Below are positions 29,464 through 43,086 of a DNA stretch of 64,000 bases, piece after piece. A program made the translations under genes and the position numbers. Where the stretch lies: assembly GCF_009914755.1 (NCBI RefSeq), contig NC_060927.1; one strand, written 5' to 3'. The first letter of the stretch is position 1. The number at the start of each line of letters is the position of its first letter. The DNA is from the human T2T-CHM13v2.0 reference genome, Homo sapiens. The notes beneath the pieces are model-generated. The model searched no databases. It was not told the origin of the DNA and saw only the letters and a program-made list of their open reading frames with translations.

Positions 29464-31916
29464 GATAAGAATGAGACCTATGAAATCCACTCAGCATTAT
29501 CACTGCTGAACACACAAAAAGAATCATTCAACAACTGTTTATTATGTAACTGAGCAATACACACACGTTTATTTTGGCACATTTTAAGAGGACCTTCACA
29601 AATGAATGCTGTTTAATAAAATTTTTATTAGAAAATATTGCACTTGATTTACATCAACAACGCACAAAAATGTATACCTTTAAGTGTGACATAATTTTAG
29701 AGTAGCTAATGGTTCTGTTTCATGTACAAGTTTTTGTTTTGCTTTAGGATGTGTAGCTGGCAAGATTTTTCAGAACATTGGCGTAACTGCATCAAAACAC
29801 CAAAAGTAATGCTATGGAACTTCTCAACTCAGGTGCCTGAATAAATACTCACATGTTTGATTTGTCCCAAAAGTGATTCTTAAAATCCAAACAGCATTTT
29901 AGGCAGCACCTTTGGAATTGACCAGTCAACTCAGGATGTGACTCACAGGGGACAGGTTTAGCCATAATTGGATAGAGTTCTCTCACATGTGTAGCATGAG
30001 GAAAAAAAACAACCCTCAAACCCACAATTGCACAATGTCTCTGCCTGTCTCCCAATGAAGAACACATGGATTCAAATAAATACCAACTCCACCAAAACGC
30101 CTAGGGTTAAGGATTTGCTGCAGAGTGCTAACCTCCCAAAAACCCACCCAGGATCTGGGCCCTCTGGCAGGTTATGCCAGACTCATGGGCAGAGGACACC
30201 TTCAACCCTCCACCCCTCCTCCCCACCAAGCATGGGCTCTGAGATTTAGGAGAGAGGGGTGCTGGGAGGAGAGGAATACATGGTTCATCTCCTTTTTCTT
30301 TCCCTTGACCAACCACTTCTCCCAAAAGGAAAGGGTCCTTTGGTTCAGTTGCCCAAATCTGAAACCCTAGATTCCTCTGTGACTCCTCCCCTTTCTTTAG
30401 CCCTAAAGTCTCTTCTACTAAGTCTTCTCCAAACTCACCAAATTCCTCACAAATCCATCCCACCCCTTCAACTGCCTTAGTTGATCCCTCTTATCATCAC
30501 AAGGTTGGCTCTATCTCATTTCCCAGATCCAGCATTTCATTCTCCAAAGCCATCCTTTTCACTGGGGCCAAAGTTATCTTCCCTATAACCCAGACCTGAC
30601 TGCGCACTCTCCTAGTCTGCATTCTTTAGCAGCTCACTGAAGAATTCACCTGTAAGAGTTCAAATTCCTACTCTAACCTCAGCCTACCTTCCAGCTTTAT
30701 CCTGTGGCGCTCCATGGCTTTGCTAATTTTTCACCTCAGCCACATTAGATTTTTCCTACCCCACAATTTCACACAGCTGCTTCCACCCTCTATGTCTTTG
30801 TTCACACTACTTTCTCAGCCTGGTATGAACTGCTCTTTTCTGCCTATCAAATTCATCCTTCAAGATGAGGCTCAAATGTCTTTTTTTTCCCTGGGACAAG
30901 TTTCCTAAACTCTCTAAGCCTGTCTCCCCTCCGCCCTTTCCACAGTCAAAAGTAAGTGCTCCTACAATAACTTATGTCAACCAGCAATATAACTCTTATC
31001 TCTGTTACAGTCATAAATGCAAGTCTCCCCTACAAAATTCTGAGATCTTCAGGGAAAGGAGTGTAATAATTTTGAATTGTCATTTTCTACCACAATATAT
31101 GGTACTTGGTTTAGCTTCAAAAAAATTTTCTGGACTGATTTGGGACACAGTGATTTCAACTAGTATTGACTTGATTTTAAATAAAATGTGAACATTCTTG
31201 ACTTTTCCAGAAGATATTTATTTTAAGAGGAGAAGCAAGTTATCCAAAGTTAATTTCTAACTGGTGGGAGATGGGGCCTCTTCCCAAAAGTCCCCCTGAC
31301 CCCTATCACCACCACCACTGTTGGCATAACCAGTTTATACCATTCCCCACCCACCCACCAGCATGTTCTTCCCAAGCTTCTGGCACTGCCCAGCCATATG
31401 CCACCTTCACAGGCTCCGGAATTCCACAGAGCTCAGTACAATGAAAATTATCAATTAAAGAACATGGGAGGATGCAAGAATAATTAGCATAATAATAAAG
31501 ACCACAAACAAGCACCTGTGGCAGGAGGCTTGCGGTTCTACTCTTTGAGTTTTTGGTTAATTGCACTCCTCCAGAGCTGATAAAGAGACAGTATGAATTC
31601 AGGTCTCAGGCAGGACTGAGTCAAGACCTGGCCTTCTACTCACTGTCCAAAAGGCCCTGAATCAGGGTCCTCATCAGTAAAATGCAGAAATGAATGCCTA
31701 CATTGCAGCCTGTTATGCAAGTAACAGGCTTGTAAATGCAAGCGATGAACCAGGGCCCAGGAACACAGGAAGGCCAACCAGAGTTTAAAAGCTTCTGAAG
31801 CTTTCGGTGTTTCAGAACTTATACACTTCCATCAGGACCGTGTGCCCTACTACTACCAAAAAACCAGGCTAGTCATTAATACATACCTACTCTAAGATTA
31901 TTGTTTTCTCATTTCT

Positions 31917-32261
31917 CTGTGTCACCCCAAAATTTCTATGTTGAAATCCTAACCACTAAGGGATGGTATTAGCAGGTAGGGCCCTTTGGGAGGTGATTAG
32001 CTCATAAGAGCAGTCCTCATGAATGGGATTAGAGCCCTTATAAAAAGACCCAGGGGAGCTCGTTTGCCCCTTCCACCATGTGAGAACACAGGGAGAAAGC
32101 AGTATCCATAAACCAGGAAGAGGGCTCTCAGCAGATATCAAATCTACCAAAGCCTTGATCCTGGACTTCCCAGCCTCCAAAACTGTGAGAAATAAATCTC
32201 TGTTGTTTACAATCCACCCAATTTATGGTACTTTGTTACAGCAGCCTGAGCAGACTAACAC
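31917..32261 (+). mobile_element. MaLR solo LTR (MLT1A-like)
   Basis: Characteristic gacttcccagcctccaaaactgtgagaaataaat...gttacagcagcc. Confidence 0.85.
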
Positions 32262-33099
32262 TCATCTATAAAATGGAAATGACAGTACATAACACAGGGA
32301 TGACCTCTATGCCCCACACAGACAAAAGACAGCACTTTTAAAAGTGTCAACTACTACTACAACCACCATTAACTACTCGTAATATTGTTCATATAAAAAG
32401 ACTGCCACACGTCATCTTCAATAGTTAAACCCAAACCCTAACTGCCATTTACACATTGTGGAATGACCATAATCCCTTACCTCCATTTCCTTCCAAAATT
32501 CCTCTAAAATGATAGTTTAAAAAAAAAAAATCACAAAGACATCAAACCATAAGGACAAACAGAAAAGGAAAGACAACATGCTTTTTTAAACAAACTTTTG
32601 CAAGATGGCAAGGTACTTGAAGGAATGGTCACTGCCCCTCAGGACCTCCAAGAGGCTCAGGTCTTGAGGCACCAAGGAGATGCCAAAGGCTGATGTGAGG
32701 CTTAGCCTAGACAAGGGGGGAGCCACCGAAAGAGGTGTTCAAAGCTTTTGGATCCCCAGTTCCAGCAGGAAACCCAAAGTTTTTTCTGAAGAAACTGAAT
32801 CACAGTGACAGGAGAACTGTAGCCAGAAGTCGAAGGCTACAGCCTCCATCCCTCCCTCAGCCAGGTAACCCAAACCCTGGCAGCTGGCATATCACCAAGC
32901 ATACCAGAGGCAGGAGATGATGATTTCTTCATTGTGAACACTGGCCCCAAACGAGATGTAAAGGTGTTGATATTCGGGGCAGACTCCCAATGAAAAGTCC
33001 ACCTGAACTCACAAGTCACTAGACCACCAATACACACATGTTCTCTCCTCTGCAATCAGCTCCTCAGGATCTTTTTCTTCATTATAGACAGTCAAGGAT

Positions 33100-33443
33100 C
33101 ACCAGATATTTATGACTTAAACAAACAAAGAAAAGATCCCTGAAATGAATAACCACACTGGAGGAAACAGAAGAAATATTAAAAATATATTAAACACAAA
33201 GAAAAAATAAAAATACACACATCAGAGATAAGTAAAGATAATACATCCATAAAATAAGATGCAATGAAATGGAAACAGAAAAAGATTCTAAAATTTAAAA
33301 ACATGATCATTAAAATTGAGAACCATTCCCCCCCTCCCACTCCTTCCAGTACAAAGAAATACGTAAGACATGAGATTAGTTAAGAAAATTTAAAGATCAT
33401 TTGTAGTGGGTTCAACAACCAAACCAACAGACATCTCAGAAAG

Positions 33444-33491
<48 letters not shown>

Positions 33492-34050
33492 AGAGAGAGA
33501 AAATAAAGGGTGGGAATTATTAAAAAAAAAAAAAAGCATTTCTGAAAACTAAAAAGAGTCTCTAGATTGAAAGGACCCACTAAGGTAATACAAGAAAGAA
33601 AAGGAAGAAAGGAAGGAAAGAACCAACCAACCAACCACACAAAAACTTATAAAACTTCAGAATGCCAGAGAAAAAGAACCTGAGCTTCAAAAAAACAGAA
33701 AAAAAGAGGCATCAGAATGGCTTTGGACTTTTCATCAAAAACCCTTAAGACAGAAAACTGTGAATATGCCATCAAAATTATGAAAAAATGTATTTCTACT
33801 TAATATTTTAAATTCAGCCAAACCATCTATAAAGTATGAGGACAGGATAGATACATTCAGACATTCAAGGCCTCAAGTAATTTATCTCCCATCATTCCTT
33901 CCTAAGAAGCTACTGAGGATACATACATAGTAGCAAAATGAAGCAAACCAAGAAAAAGGAAGACAGGAGATCTAAAAAACAGAGGTTCCAAGACAGGAAA
34001 GAAGTAACAGGAAGTCCCAGAAAAAATAATCGTACTATCTAGATTGGAGC
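33100..34050 (+). mobile_element. Ancient L1/HAL1 ORF1-like remnant
   Basis: A-rich with motifs such as atcagaatggctttggactttt and agccaaaccatctataaagtatgagg. Confidence 0.5.
33446..33500. repeat. Compound microsatellite (CA)~21(GA)6
   Basis: Read directly. Confidence 0.97.
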
Positions 34051-34568
34051 AAGAGGATGGAATGCTCCAGACCAAGAAGTCTCTAAGAGGAAACCAAGTG
34101 GCACTGATAGATGATTTAATGTGCTACCTGGAAAAAAAAAAAATCAAAAGGCATTTAACATACTTCTTGGAGTAGTTGAGGGAACACAGCCAAAGATAAA
34201 TAGGTAACGAATCAAAACGCAATTTTGATAAAATGCAATTATTTGCTGTGGGAAAAACAAAAATGTATAAAAAAAATCATAAGTCACTATTTAGCAATAC
34301 CTGTGTACACAATAATGTAAATACTGCTATTTTTACAAAAAAGTTACGTAACTACATTGGAGGATTTAAGAGAGAAATGAGAAAGAGCTCAGTTATGATA
34401 CTAGAAAGTCAAAGACTTATTCTACATTGATTTAGAATGACGAAAGTAAAAAAAGAGGAAGAAAAAATAAACAGACCTAGCTGAGGTAGTAGCTACCCCT
34501 GGAAAGTAGAGCCTGAGGGATAAAAAAGACAAAAGCAAGAGCCTGCTGTGTTTGTCAAAAGTCTTTTA

Positions 34569-34914
<346 letters not shown>

Positions 34915-35682
34915 TTATTCTCATATCAAGGGTAATTAGTTCAATTTATAAAGTTGTCACTATCAACTTCATTTATAAGTTTCTTACTTGGAACTCTAAA
35001 CTGTCTTAAAAATATTATAAAATAATGGTTCGTTTCCTATGCCAGCGTTCAGAAGGCACAAAATCTGTAGTGATTCTAAAATACGGTGCAAAGCTACTAT
35101 TCCAAGAAGCCTTAAGTACCATAACAGCTTCTGTGAGAGACTGCATTCTGAGAATTCGGAGTGCCTTGTACACATCTCAGTACACATCTCAGTCCTACCC
35201 ACTTGGCTCTTCCCTACCTGGAGGAGCCAAGGAATTATTTTAAAGGTAGAATGTATGAGGGAGATGGGAAGGGATGGAAACAACGAACCTGAATCTGGCA
35301 GGATGGAGTGACTAGAGATCCTCTGTAACAGGTCAACCCTATTTGCACTAGAGAAAATACTACTAGAAGTCTCTCTCGCCCCCGGGGATAGACAAGGGAG
35401 TTAATTGAAACAATGCTTCCTACCCTCCCAGCAACAGCATTTCTGGGCATAAATTGGATGCTCATCAAACAGGAGCTTCCTCTGCTGCAAATACTGCTAA
35501 GAAAATTAGTTCCAGGCCAACCTTTGAATAAGGTAACAAATATATAACTCAAGTGCTAATTAGCAATGATTTATTTTCCACCATGACATAATCAAACTTC
35601 TACAGACAAAATCTTCATTTCATTCGATAAAACTTTGCAGCCTATGTCAACACTGTTTCATTTTTTTCAAAAATATGAACTA

Positions 35683-36100
<418 letters not shown>

Positions 36101-37564
36101 TCAATGTCAGTCCCTGGTTGTCTTCTGTCTCCTACCTACACCTCTGACTTTGTTTACCCATGTAAACAAAGTCACAAGCTATATAAGTGCTTTTAACCAA
36201 AAAGCCTTTACAAAACCATGCATAATACGTTAATATTTCTAAAATTAATGTGATATGAGTCGTCTTGTATTATTTTTCCTAAATCTTAGTCTTGTGTTCC
36301 AAGTACTACCCCAAGTAGAGTTTTAATTCAGCTAAACTACATTCAGCTAACTCAGCTAGACTAAGAAGGATTAAGAATGAGCACGACTTCATAAAAAGAG
36401 CATTCTTCTTTGGCTAAAAACTGCAAATCCGTACATGTAATGTCTAAAGAGTCTGCTTTCAGTAATTCCATTTCTACACTGAGTCAATCTCAACACACCT
36501 CAACAAAGTCTTATTACTTAAAAAAAAATAGAATACTGACAAATAATGGATGCAATAGAGAATAATTTTTCCCCTCAAACACTCAGAAGCACCACCTTCA
36601 GATGAAATAAAGATACTGCCATAATAACAAAAGAATGCAAACGTCTAGGTACCAAGGACTTCCTTTTTGGGGGGTCGTTCCTGTCAGATCTTCCTCTAAG
36701 GGGTCATTTCCAGAATCCACAAAGTCCTAACATAAGACCCCAGCAATTTTTCAAATTAATTCCCCAAACAACAAAGCTAAGCAAGTAAATGGAACCACAA
36801 ACCGACCCAAGACTAAGTTCTTGTTTCCCTTCAAGATACTCAAAAGTAGGAGAGTGGCCCAGAAGTACAGAGTCAGTCCAAACTCCCAACACACCCAATG
36901 CAAAAACCAAAAAGGTATTGAAACTAAAAAGGTCTGCTACCTGGCGATTCATTCACTAAAAATATGCTTAGAATCTAAGCATATGCTCCAAATCTACGTC
37001 CCAAGAGTTGGAGGCTGCCACGAACATTTGGTGCCCTTATAACCTCCCCTTCTTTCTCTCTCGGTTTTTTTTTTTTTTTTTTTTTGTAAAAGGGTAAGCA
37101 CAGAGCGTGGCCTCTACTGGAGCATCAAAACCACAGCAAAGGGTTTGCAAGTTCAGTCTAAAACGTGAATTTCGAGATATTCAAAATCGAGGGCCCTAGA
37201 GTGACACACATAGAAAGCGTCAAAAAAACTTCGTGCAGCAAGGAAAAAAAGTTGTAAGGGTGACTGACTCTTCTAGGGAGAAGGGCTAAGGAGGCAGTGA
37301 GGAGGATGGGATGGGGTGAATCTGGGTCTATCGCGGCGGGGCAGCGAGGGCGGCACGAAGGCTGACCCAGAGCTGGGGACCGGGCAGGGACCACACCTCC
37401 CAGCCAGCACGGCAGGCAGAGACCGGGCCGCGAGGCGAATCCGGGCGCGGGGGGCGGGGAGGGTACTCGCCCGAGGTCCACGGCTCGCAGACTGATCCGC
37501 CGGCGGCCGGAAGCTGCCCCAGCCGGCCCGACCTGCCCGCCCCGGCCTCGGCGGCCCCACTCAC

Positions 37565-37796
37565 CGATCAGCCGGCGCACCTCGTCCTCGCTCAGGTAGA
37601 GACTCACGCTGGGCCCCGCGGAAGCCGACTGCAGCTCCGGGGGCCGCGGAGCGGGGGCGGCGGCAGCGCCAGGCGCGGGCAGCAGCGGCAACAGCGCAAG
37701 CAGAAGCAGCAGCGGCGGCGGCGGCGGGGCCCTCAGGCCGCGGGCCCCCGGGAGGCAACTCCGGCCCGGCCGCCCCAGCCGCGCCGCCCCACGCAT
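37565..37796 (-). CDS. RYK: RYK coding exon 1 (aa 1-77 plus first base of Gly78): signal peptide and start of WIF domain
   Basis: ATG at 37796 in context GCGGCC-ATG. Translates MRGAARLGRPGRSCLPGARGLRAPPPPPLLLLLALLPLLPAPGAAAAPAPRPPELQSASAGPSVSLYLSEDEVRRLI, which I recognise as the RYK N-terminus. Donor ATCG|GTGAGT at 37565/37564; 232 nt, phase 1. Confidence 0.97.
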
Positions 37797-37797
37797 G

Positions 37798-37816
37798 GCC
37801 GCCGCCGCCGCCGCCG
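37798..37816. repeat. (GCC)6 / CGG-type triplet run abutting the RYK start codon
   Basis: gccgccgccgccgccgccg read directly. Confidence 0.9.
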
Positions 37817-37870
37817 AAGAGGAGCGTCGGCCGCCCGCCGCACCGCCGCCCACCCCCGGCCCCGAGCCGC

Positions 37871-37906
37871 TCACAGCCCCGAGCCGGGGGCGGCTGCCCA
37901 GCTCAT
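37871..37906 (-). other. Candidate uORF2 (11 aa, MSWAAAPGSGL*)
   Basis: ATG at 37906 overlaps the uORF1 stop (ATGA); TGA at 37873-37871. Confidence 0.6.
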
Positions 37907-37980
37907 CGCACCGCCGGCCCGTGGCAGCCAGCAGTGGCTTCAGACCTCCGGAGCGCGCCGCCGCCGCCTCCTCGCTGCAT
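37903..37980 (-). other. Candidate uORF1 (25 aa, MQRGGGGGALRRSEATAGCHGPAVR*)
   Basis: ATG at 37980 (ACG-ATG-C, A at -3), TGA at 37905-37903, out of frame with RYK. Requires a TSS upstream of 37980. Confidence 0.55.
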
Positions 37981-38452
37981 CGTCCGGAGTTGGGGGCTGC
38001 CCGCGGGACGCGCCCGTGCGCGCCGCCGCCTCCCCGGGAGCGCGCACGCACCTTTCGCTCTGGGCGGGCCGGCCTGGGCAACGCGCTGGGGTTTTAAAGT
38101 GCCTCGGCGGGCGAAGGGCTCGGGTCACCCTCTCCGCAAGAGCCGGTCCCCGCCCCACGCGGTCACTGCGTCTAATGTTTGCTTGTCTATTGTCTGTAAC
38201 CCTCCTTTCCCGACGGACGGGCCAGGCTGGAGCCACCGGCCGCGCCTGCAGCTCAGTGGGCGCCCTAGGTCCCCGGAAACGCCTGGATGCGGCCGTTCTG
38301 GTTGCGAAAAAGCAGCATGCTTTCCTGTTTAGTGGGAAAACTCAAATAAATAGAAATCATCCTTTATCTTACCATCGGTGATCAACTTTATCGTTTCCGT
38401 ATCTATTATTAGAATTTATACTACATATATTTGTTTTCCAGAAAGATCTTAG

Positions 38453-38842
<390 letters not shown>

Positions 38843-40305
38843 TAATCAACCTGCCTTTGGGGTTGTTAATCTGTGGTCCATACCAGGCTTCGACAGCCTT
38901 CCAATAATATGAAACTGTGTGCAAAAGTGTATGTGTCTCCGTGCGTATTTGTGTCCACGTCCATGTTTCTGTGTGTTGTGTGTATGCTTGATTGCACACA
39001 GAGAGGTGGTATGTCATCATTTGTTCTAGGGAGTCCTTGTGCCCTCAAAGAGGTTAAGAACTGCAGATAGACCTCGTGTACTTAAAGGCGGTGGAGCCAG
39101 CCAGTGCATGGACTTCCGGGCCTCCTGATGTATTTTTGTGAGCCGCCCACCATCGCGGTCAAACTTGCACCAGTGCCCCCTCTCTTGGTGAGGCTCCAAG
39201 GGCCCCTGCCCTGTCCTGGGACACCTCGTCCCTGCGGACAGGCCCCCGTCCTGACCCCAAGGCTCTCGCGGGGCCGTGCCTCGGGGAGCAGCTGCTCTGA
39301 CAGCTAGGCCTGGCTTCGGGGCACAGTTGCTCCATCGCAGTGAGGCCCTGGGAAGCGGTTATTTTTATCCTCAGGGAAGGGTAGGGAAAAGGAGAGGCTG
39401 ATAAGGAGGGAAGTGCTGGAACTTGATTTTCTCCCTCCCTAGCAAGATACACGGATTCCATTTAGAGATAGGCTGGCCTCAATTTGTCAAGCTTCAGCGC
39501 CTCAGCACAAAATCTTACACCCTTCATCCTGCCGGAGGAGGCTGAGAAGAGGAAGAGGGGAGGAAAAGTGCTCCATCAGAGAAGGCTTTTAAGCCACAAA
39601 AGTCAGCAAAAATACTTCTGTTGGGACAGCCACTGCTACCAGGGTTCTGCCAGGAAGGGCTGGAGGCTCAAAACATGTTGTGTGAACAGGAATCTCAATT
39701 CAGATGGGAAGCATTTTTTTAAAGGACGGCATATTCTTTGCACTTTTAAAAAAGCTCACAGTCCTCAAAGAATGAAACTCCTAGCTTCTCGAGGTTCTTT
39801 AATTACTAGGTCTTGTCAGTGACTTCTTCAGGCGGCCTATGATGTAAACAGCAGTGAGCTCCCACTCAGGCCTGGCTGGGTTCTGGTACTTGTTAATCCT
39901 GTGGTCTTGGGAAAATTAAACTCTCCAAGCCTTGGTTCTCTCATTCATAAAAATCCCGGGATAATGCCCGACTCCCAGGGCTTTTACAGGATTTAATTGG
40001 AGAGGGATACAAGTAAAACATCTAGGCAGACGCTGGGTAGGTGTCACACCTGTTGTTATTGTAATTACAAGGAATCCTTTCCCTTTAATGACCACTTCCT
40101 GTGAAAGTTTCATCACCAGTTACCTCCAAACAGTTCAAACCTGGGACCCTCATGAACCTCATTCAATAGCACTGAGCCTGGCCCAGAGCCTGAGCTCGAT
40201 GAAGACTCGTGCCAGGCATCACGCTAGGCACTGGGGACACAGGAGCGAGCAATGTGCTTCCTTGAGAACTTTGATAAACAAATGTTTTCATAAATTCTAC
40301 AAAGA

Positions 40306-40458
40306 CAAGTTCTCAAAGTGTGGCCCCCAGACCAGCAGTATCATCACCTGGGAACTTGTAATGTAAATTCCTTGGACACTGCCCATACTAACAGGTAGCA
40401 GCTCCAGGGCTGGGGCCCAACAATCTGTTTTCCCAAGCCTCCTGGTAATTCTGATGCT
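40306..40458. mobile_element. MER5A-like hAT DNA transposon fragment
   Basis: gttctcaaagtgtggccccc...ggtaattctgatgc. Confidence 0.7.
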
Positions 40459-40519
40459 GCTGGTCACTCCATTAATATCTCAGCTCTCCTGTCTCTCTTT
40501 TGGTCAGCTGCAGTTGCCT

Positions 40520-40910
40520 GCTTTCTCCCTTACTCGCTCAGTCTGTTCCCAACACAGCAGACAGAGGCATTCTGTTAAACGTCAGCCTGATCATGTACTC
40601 TCTGGCTTTCAGACCACCAGTGGTTCCCCAACTCACCTAGAATAAAAGGCAAAGTCTTTCCAAGATGTCAAGGTAGTTCTCACTCTCCACCTTTCTCCCT
40701 TCCCTCTGACCTTATCTTCTGCTCACCGCCTACTCCCTTAGTTCCTGCCACACCACAAAGGCTTCCTTTCTGTTCTTCCAACAAACCAGACACAATCCTA
40801 CCTCAGGGCCTTTGCACTGCTGTTCCCTGTCTCTGGAATGCTTCTGTCTGACACCCACATGGCTTCATCTCTTACCTCCTTCAAATCTATGCTCAGATGT
40901 TAACTTCTGA
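40520..40910 (+). mobile_element. L2 3' fragment
   Basis: cctcagggcctttgcactgctgttccc...tggaatgc. Confidence 0.72.
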
Positions 40911-42778
40911 ATAAGATTGCAAACTTCCCCACACTTTAATTAAACCCTTGGAGAAGGAATTGATTCCCAGTCTCTCTCTTGCTGTCTCTGCATGACACTT
41001 GGTCTCACACAAAGGTCTTCCCACAATCCCCAGCCCATCCTGAAGAGGAAGTTTCCTCTCCCTCCCCTAACAAGGTGTGGGTGGCAACTTCTGAAATTTC
41101 CCAAAAAGCCTCAGCATGAAAATGAGAAACCATGACCACAGCCTCCTGAGGTTTCTTTGCCTTGGGGAAATGAAAGCCACAGTCATCAACACAATCCACA
41201 CATTGGCCCTCCACTCTTGGTTTTGTTTGTCACAGTGGTTGACCTTATTCTCCTCCTCCAGGAGACATATTTCAGCATGGCCAGGAAATACCATCAGCAG
41301 GACTTGTACTTTAAAAAGCCAGTCTTGGACTTGAGATGCCATGGGGTAGATGGGTAGATGGGAGCGTGGGGTCAAAGCTACACAGAGATGATGGGTGTTC
41401 CATGTTTGACCTCTGGTGTGGGCTGAGAATACCTGGTGCCCGCAAGGACAGACACCCAGAGACAACTCAGCAACATGGACCTGACCCAACCACTCAGCTG
41501 GGTGGGGGTGGGTGGTTGGAGAAGGGGTGGCTCCAAGTCCTGAAATCAGCCTCGTCTTTTGCCAGGAGCAGTTGGGAATGTGGCTCTCTCTATAAACCTT
41601 CTCCTTCCACAAGTAATATATTAAACCATTTGCACTGTAAAAGAGTCAAGCAGCACAGAAGTATGTGAAATAAAATATAAATATGTCCCTCCACACACAC
41701 CCTCGTCTCTCTTACCCACTGCCCAGTTTGATGTATGTTCTGAGAGCCCTTTCTCTAGGCAGTTACTCACACATATATGGGTTTAAACACACAATTGTAT
41801 GTGTGTGCTCTTTTTCAGCCTTATAGAAATGGACAACACAACAAAAAGTTGTGATCTACAGGATTTGCTTTTTTGACTGATCTAAGTAAGTTGAGATCTC
41901 GAGGATGTTCTCATGACAGGGCATACAGAGGCATCCCTGTGGTGTTCTTTTGGTTGGGATGAACTGATGGATTTTACCAGTTCTGGTAATACACATCAAA
42001 TCCTTGCACATACATCTTTGTGCATATGTATAAATATTTAGAAGAACAGATTCTCTGAAATGGAATCTTCAAGTCCAAAGGAGTTATGTTTTAATTTTGA
42101 TAGATTCTGCTGAATTGCCTTCCAAAAGATTTTACAAATATACATTTCCAAATGTGGCATAAATGAGAGACACAAGGTAATAGGCCAATGTTTTTCATTT
42201 TGCTGTTGACAGTCTAGTGAAAGAAAAATAGCTTATTGTTGTTTAATCTGCATTGCCCTCATCACTAGTGCGGTTAAGCATCTCATATACTTATTGCATA
42301 TTCAAATTACTCTTTGAAATATCTGCCCACATATTCTATTTTTTAGTTAGCTTATTTGTCTTCTTATTGATTTATGGATGTTTTCTTTTACTGTATCCCT
42401 TGTCATTTAACTTTTCTTATGATGTTCTTTACTTAACTTAAATTTTGGATTTCTATTTTAGATAAATCTGACAATCTTTTCCTTTATGGCTTCCGCATTT
42501 TGTGTCTTTCAAAGGTCCCCCAATTAATACTTTTTGTATTTTGTACTTTTTTCTCTTAAAAAATAGCTCCTTAATCTATCTGGAATTTATGTTTATGTAT
42601 GGCACATGATACAATTTTATTTTTTCCATATGGTTAACCATTTGTACCAAACACTAGTTATTACATTTACTGAATGTTCCTTAGTGGCCATATCTAACTT
42701 TAAACAAAACAGGAATTTCAGCCTGCTTTCACTTCCCTCTTTCTTCACATACCTTTCACATTGAGATCATGTAGTTCT

Positions 42779-43086
42779 ACACTGGCCAGTATAGTAGGCA
42801 CTAGCCACATGTGGCTATAAAGTACTTCAAATGTGGCTGGTAGGAATTGAGATGTGCTGTAAGTGCAAAGTACATGCCAGATATTGAAGACTTGGTATTA
42901 AAAAAAAAAAGAATGTAAAATATTTCATTGATAATTTTTATATTGGTTGAATGTTAGAGTGGTAATATTTTAGATATATTGTGTTAAAATATATTATTAA
43001 AATGTATTTCATATGTTTCTTTTACCTTTTTTGACTTTACTAGAAAATTATGTTTATGGCCTGACATTTCTATTGGGCAGTGCTGA
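42779..43086. mobile_element. MER33/MER3-like hAT-Charlie element
   Basis: cactagccacatgtggcta...ctattgggcagtgctg. Confidence 0.75.

Larger units (their letters stand above)
37320..38310. promoter_or_regulatory. CpG-island promoter of RYK
   Basis: Very high GC and CpG density over exon 1. GC box CCCCGCCCC at 38148-38156 and NRF1-like GCGCGCACGCA at 38040-38050. The TSS cannot be fixed from sequence. Confidence 0.92.

Noticed and set aside
35168-35193. 12-bp tandem duplication GTACACATCTCA
   Set aside because: Ordinary slippage duplication.
37158-38081. 307-aa ORF as a single-exon protein or intron-retention isoform
   Set aside because: It starts at TTG and reads through the exon 1 donor into GC-rich intron where stops are rare. 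The sense-strand A21 run at 37065-37085 could create false 3' ends by internal priming.
37795-38381. Plus-strand ORFs (100-132 aa) over the promoter
   Set aside because: Ala/Pro/Arg-rich by-products of CpG-island composition with no recognisable domain.
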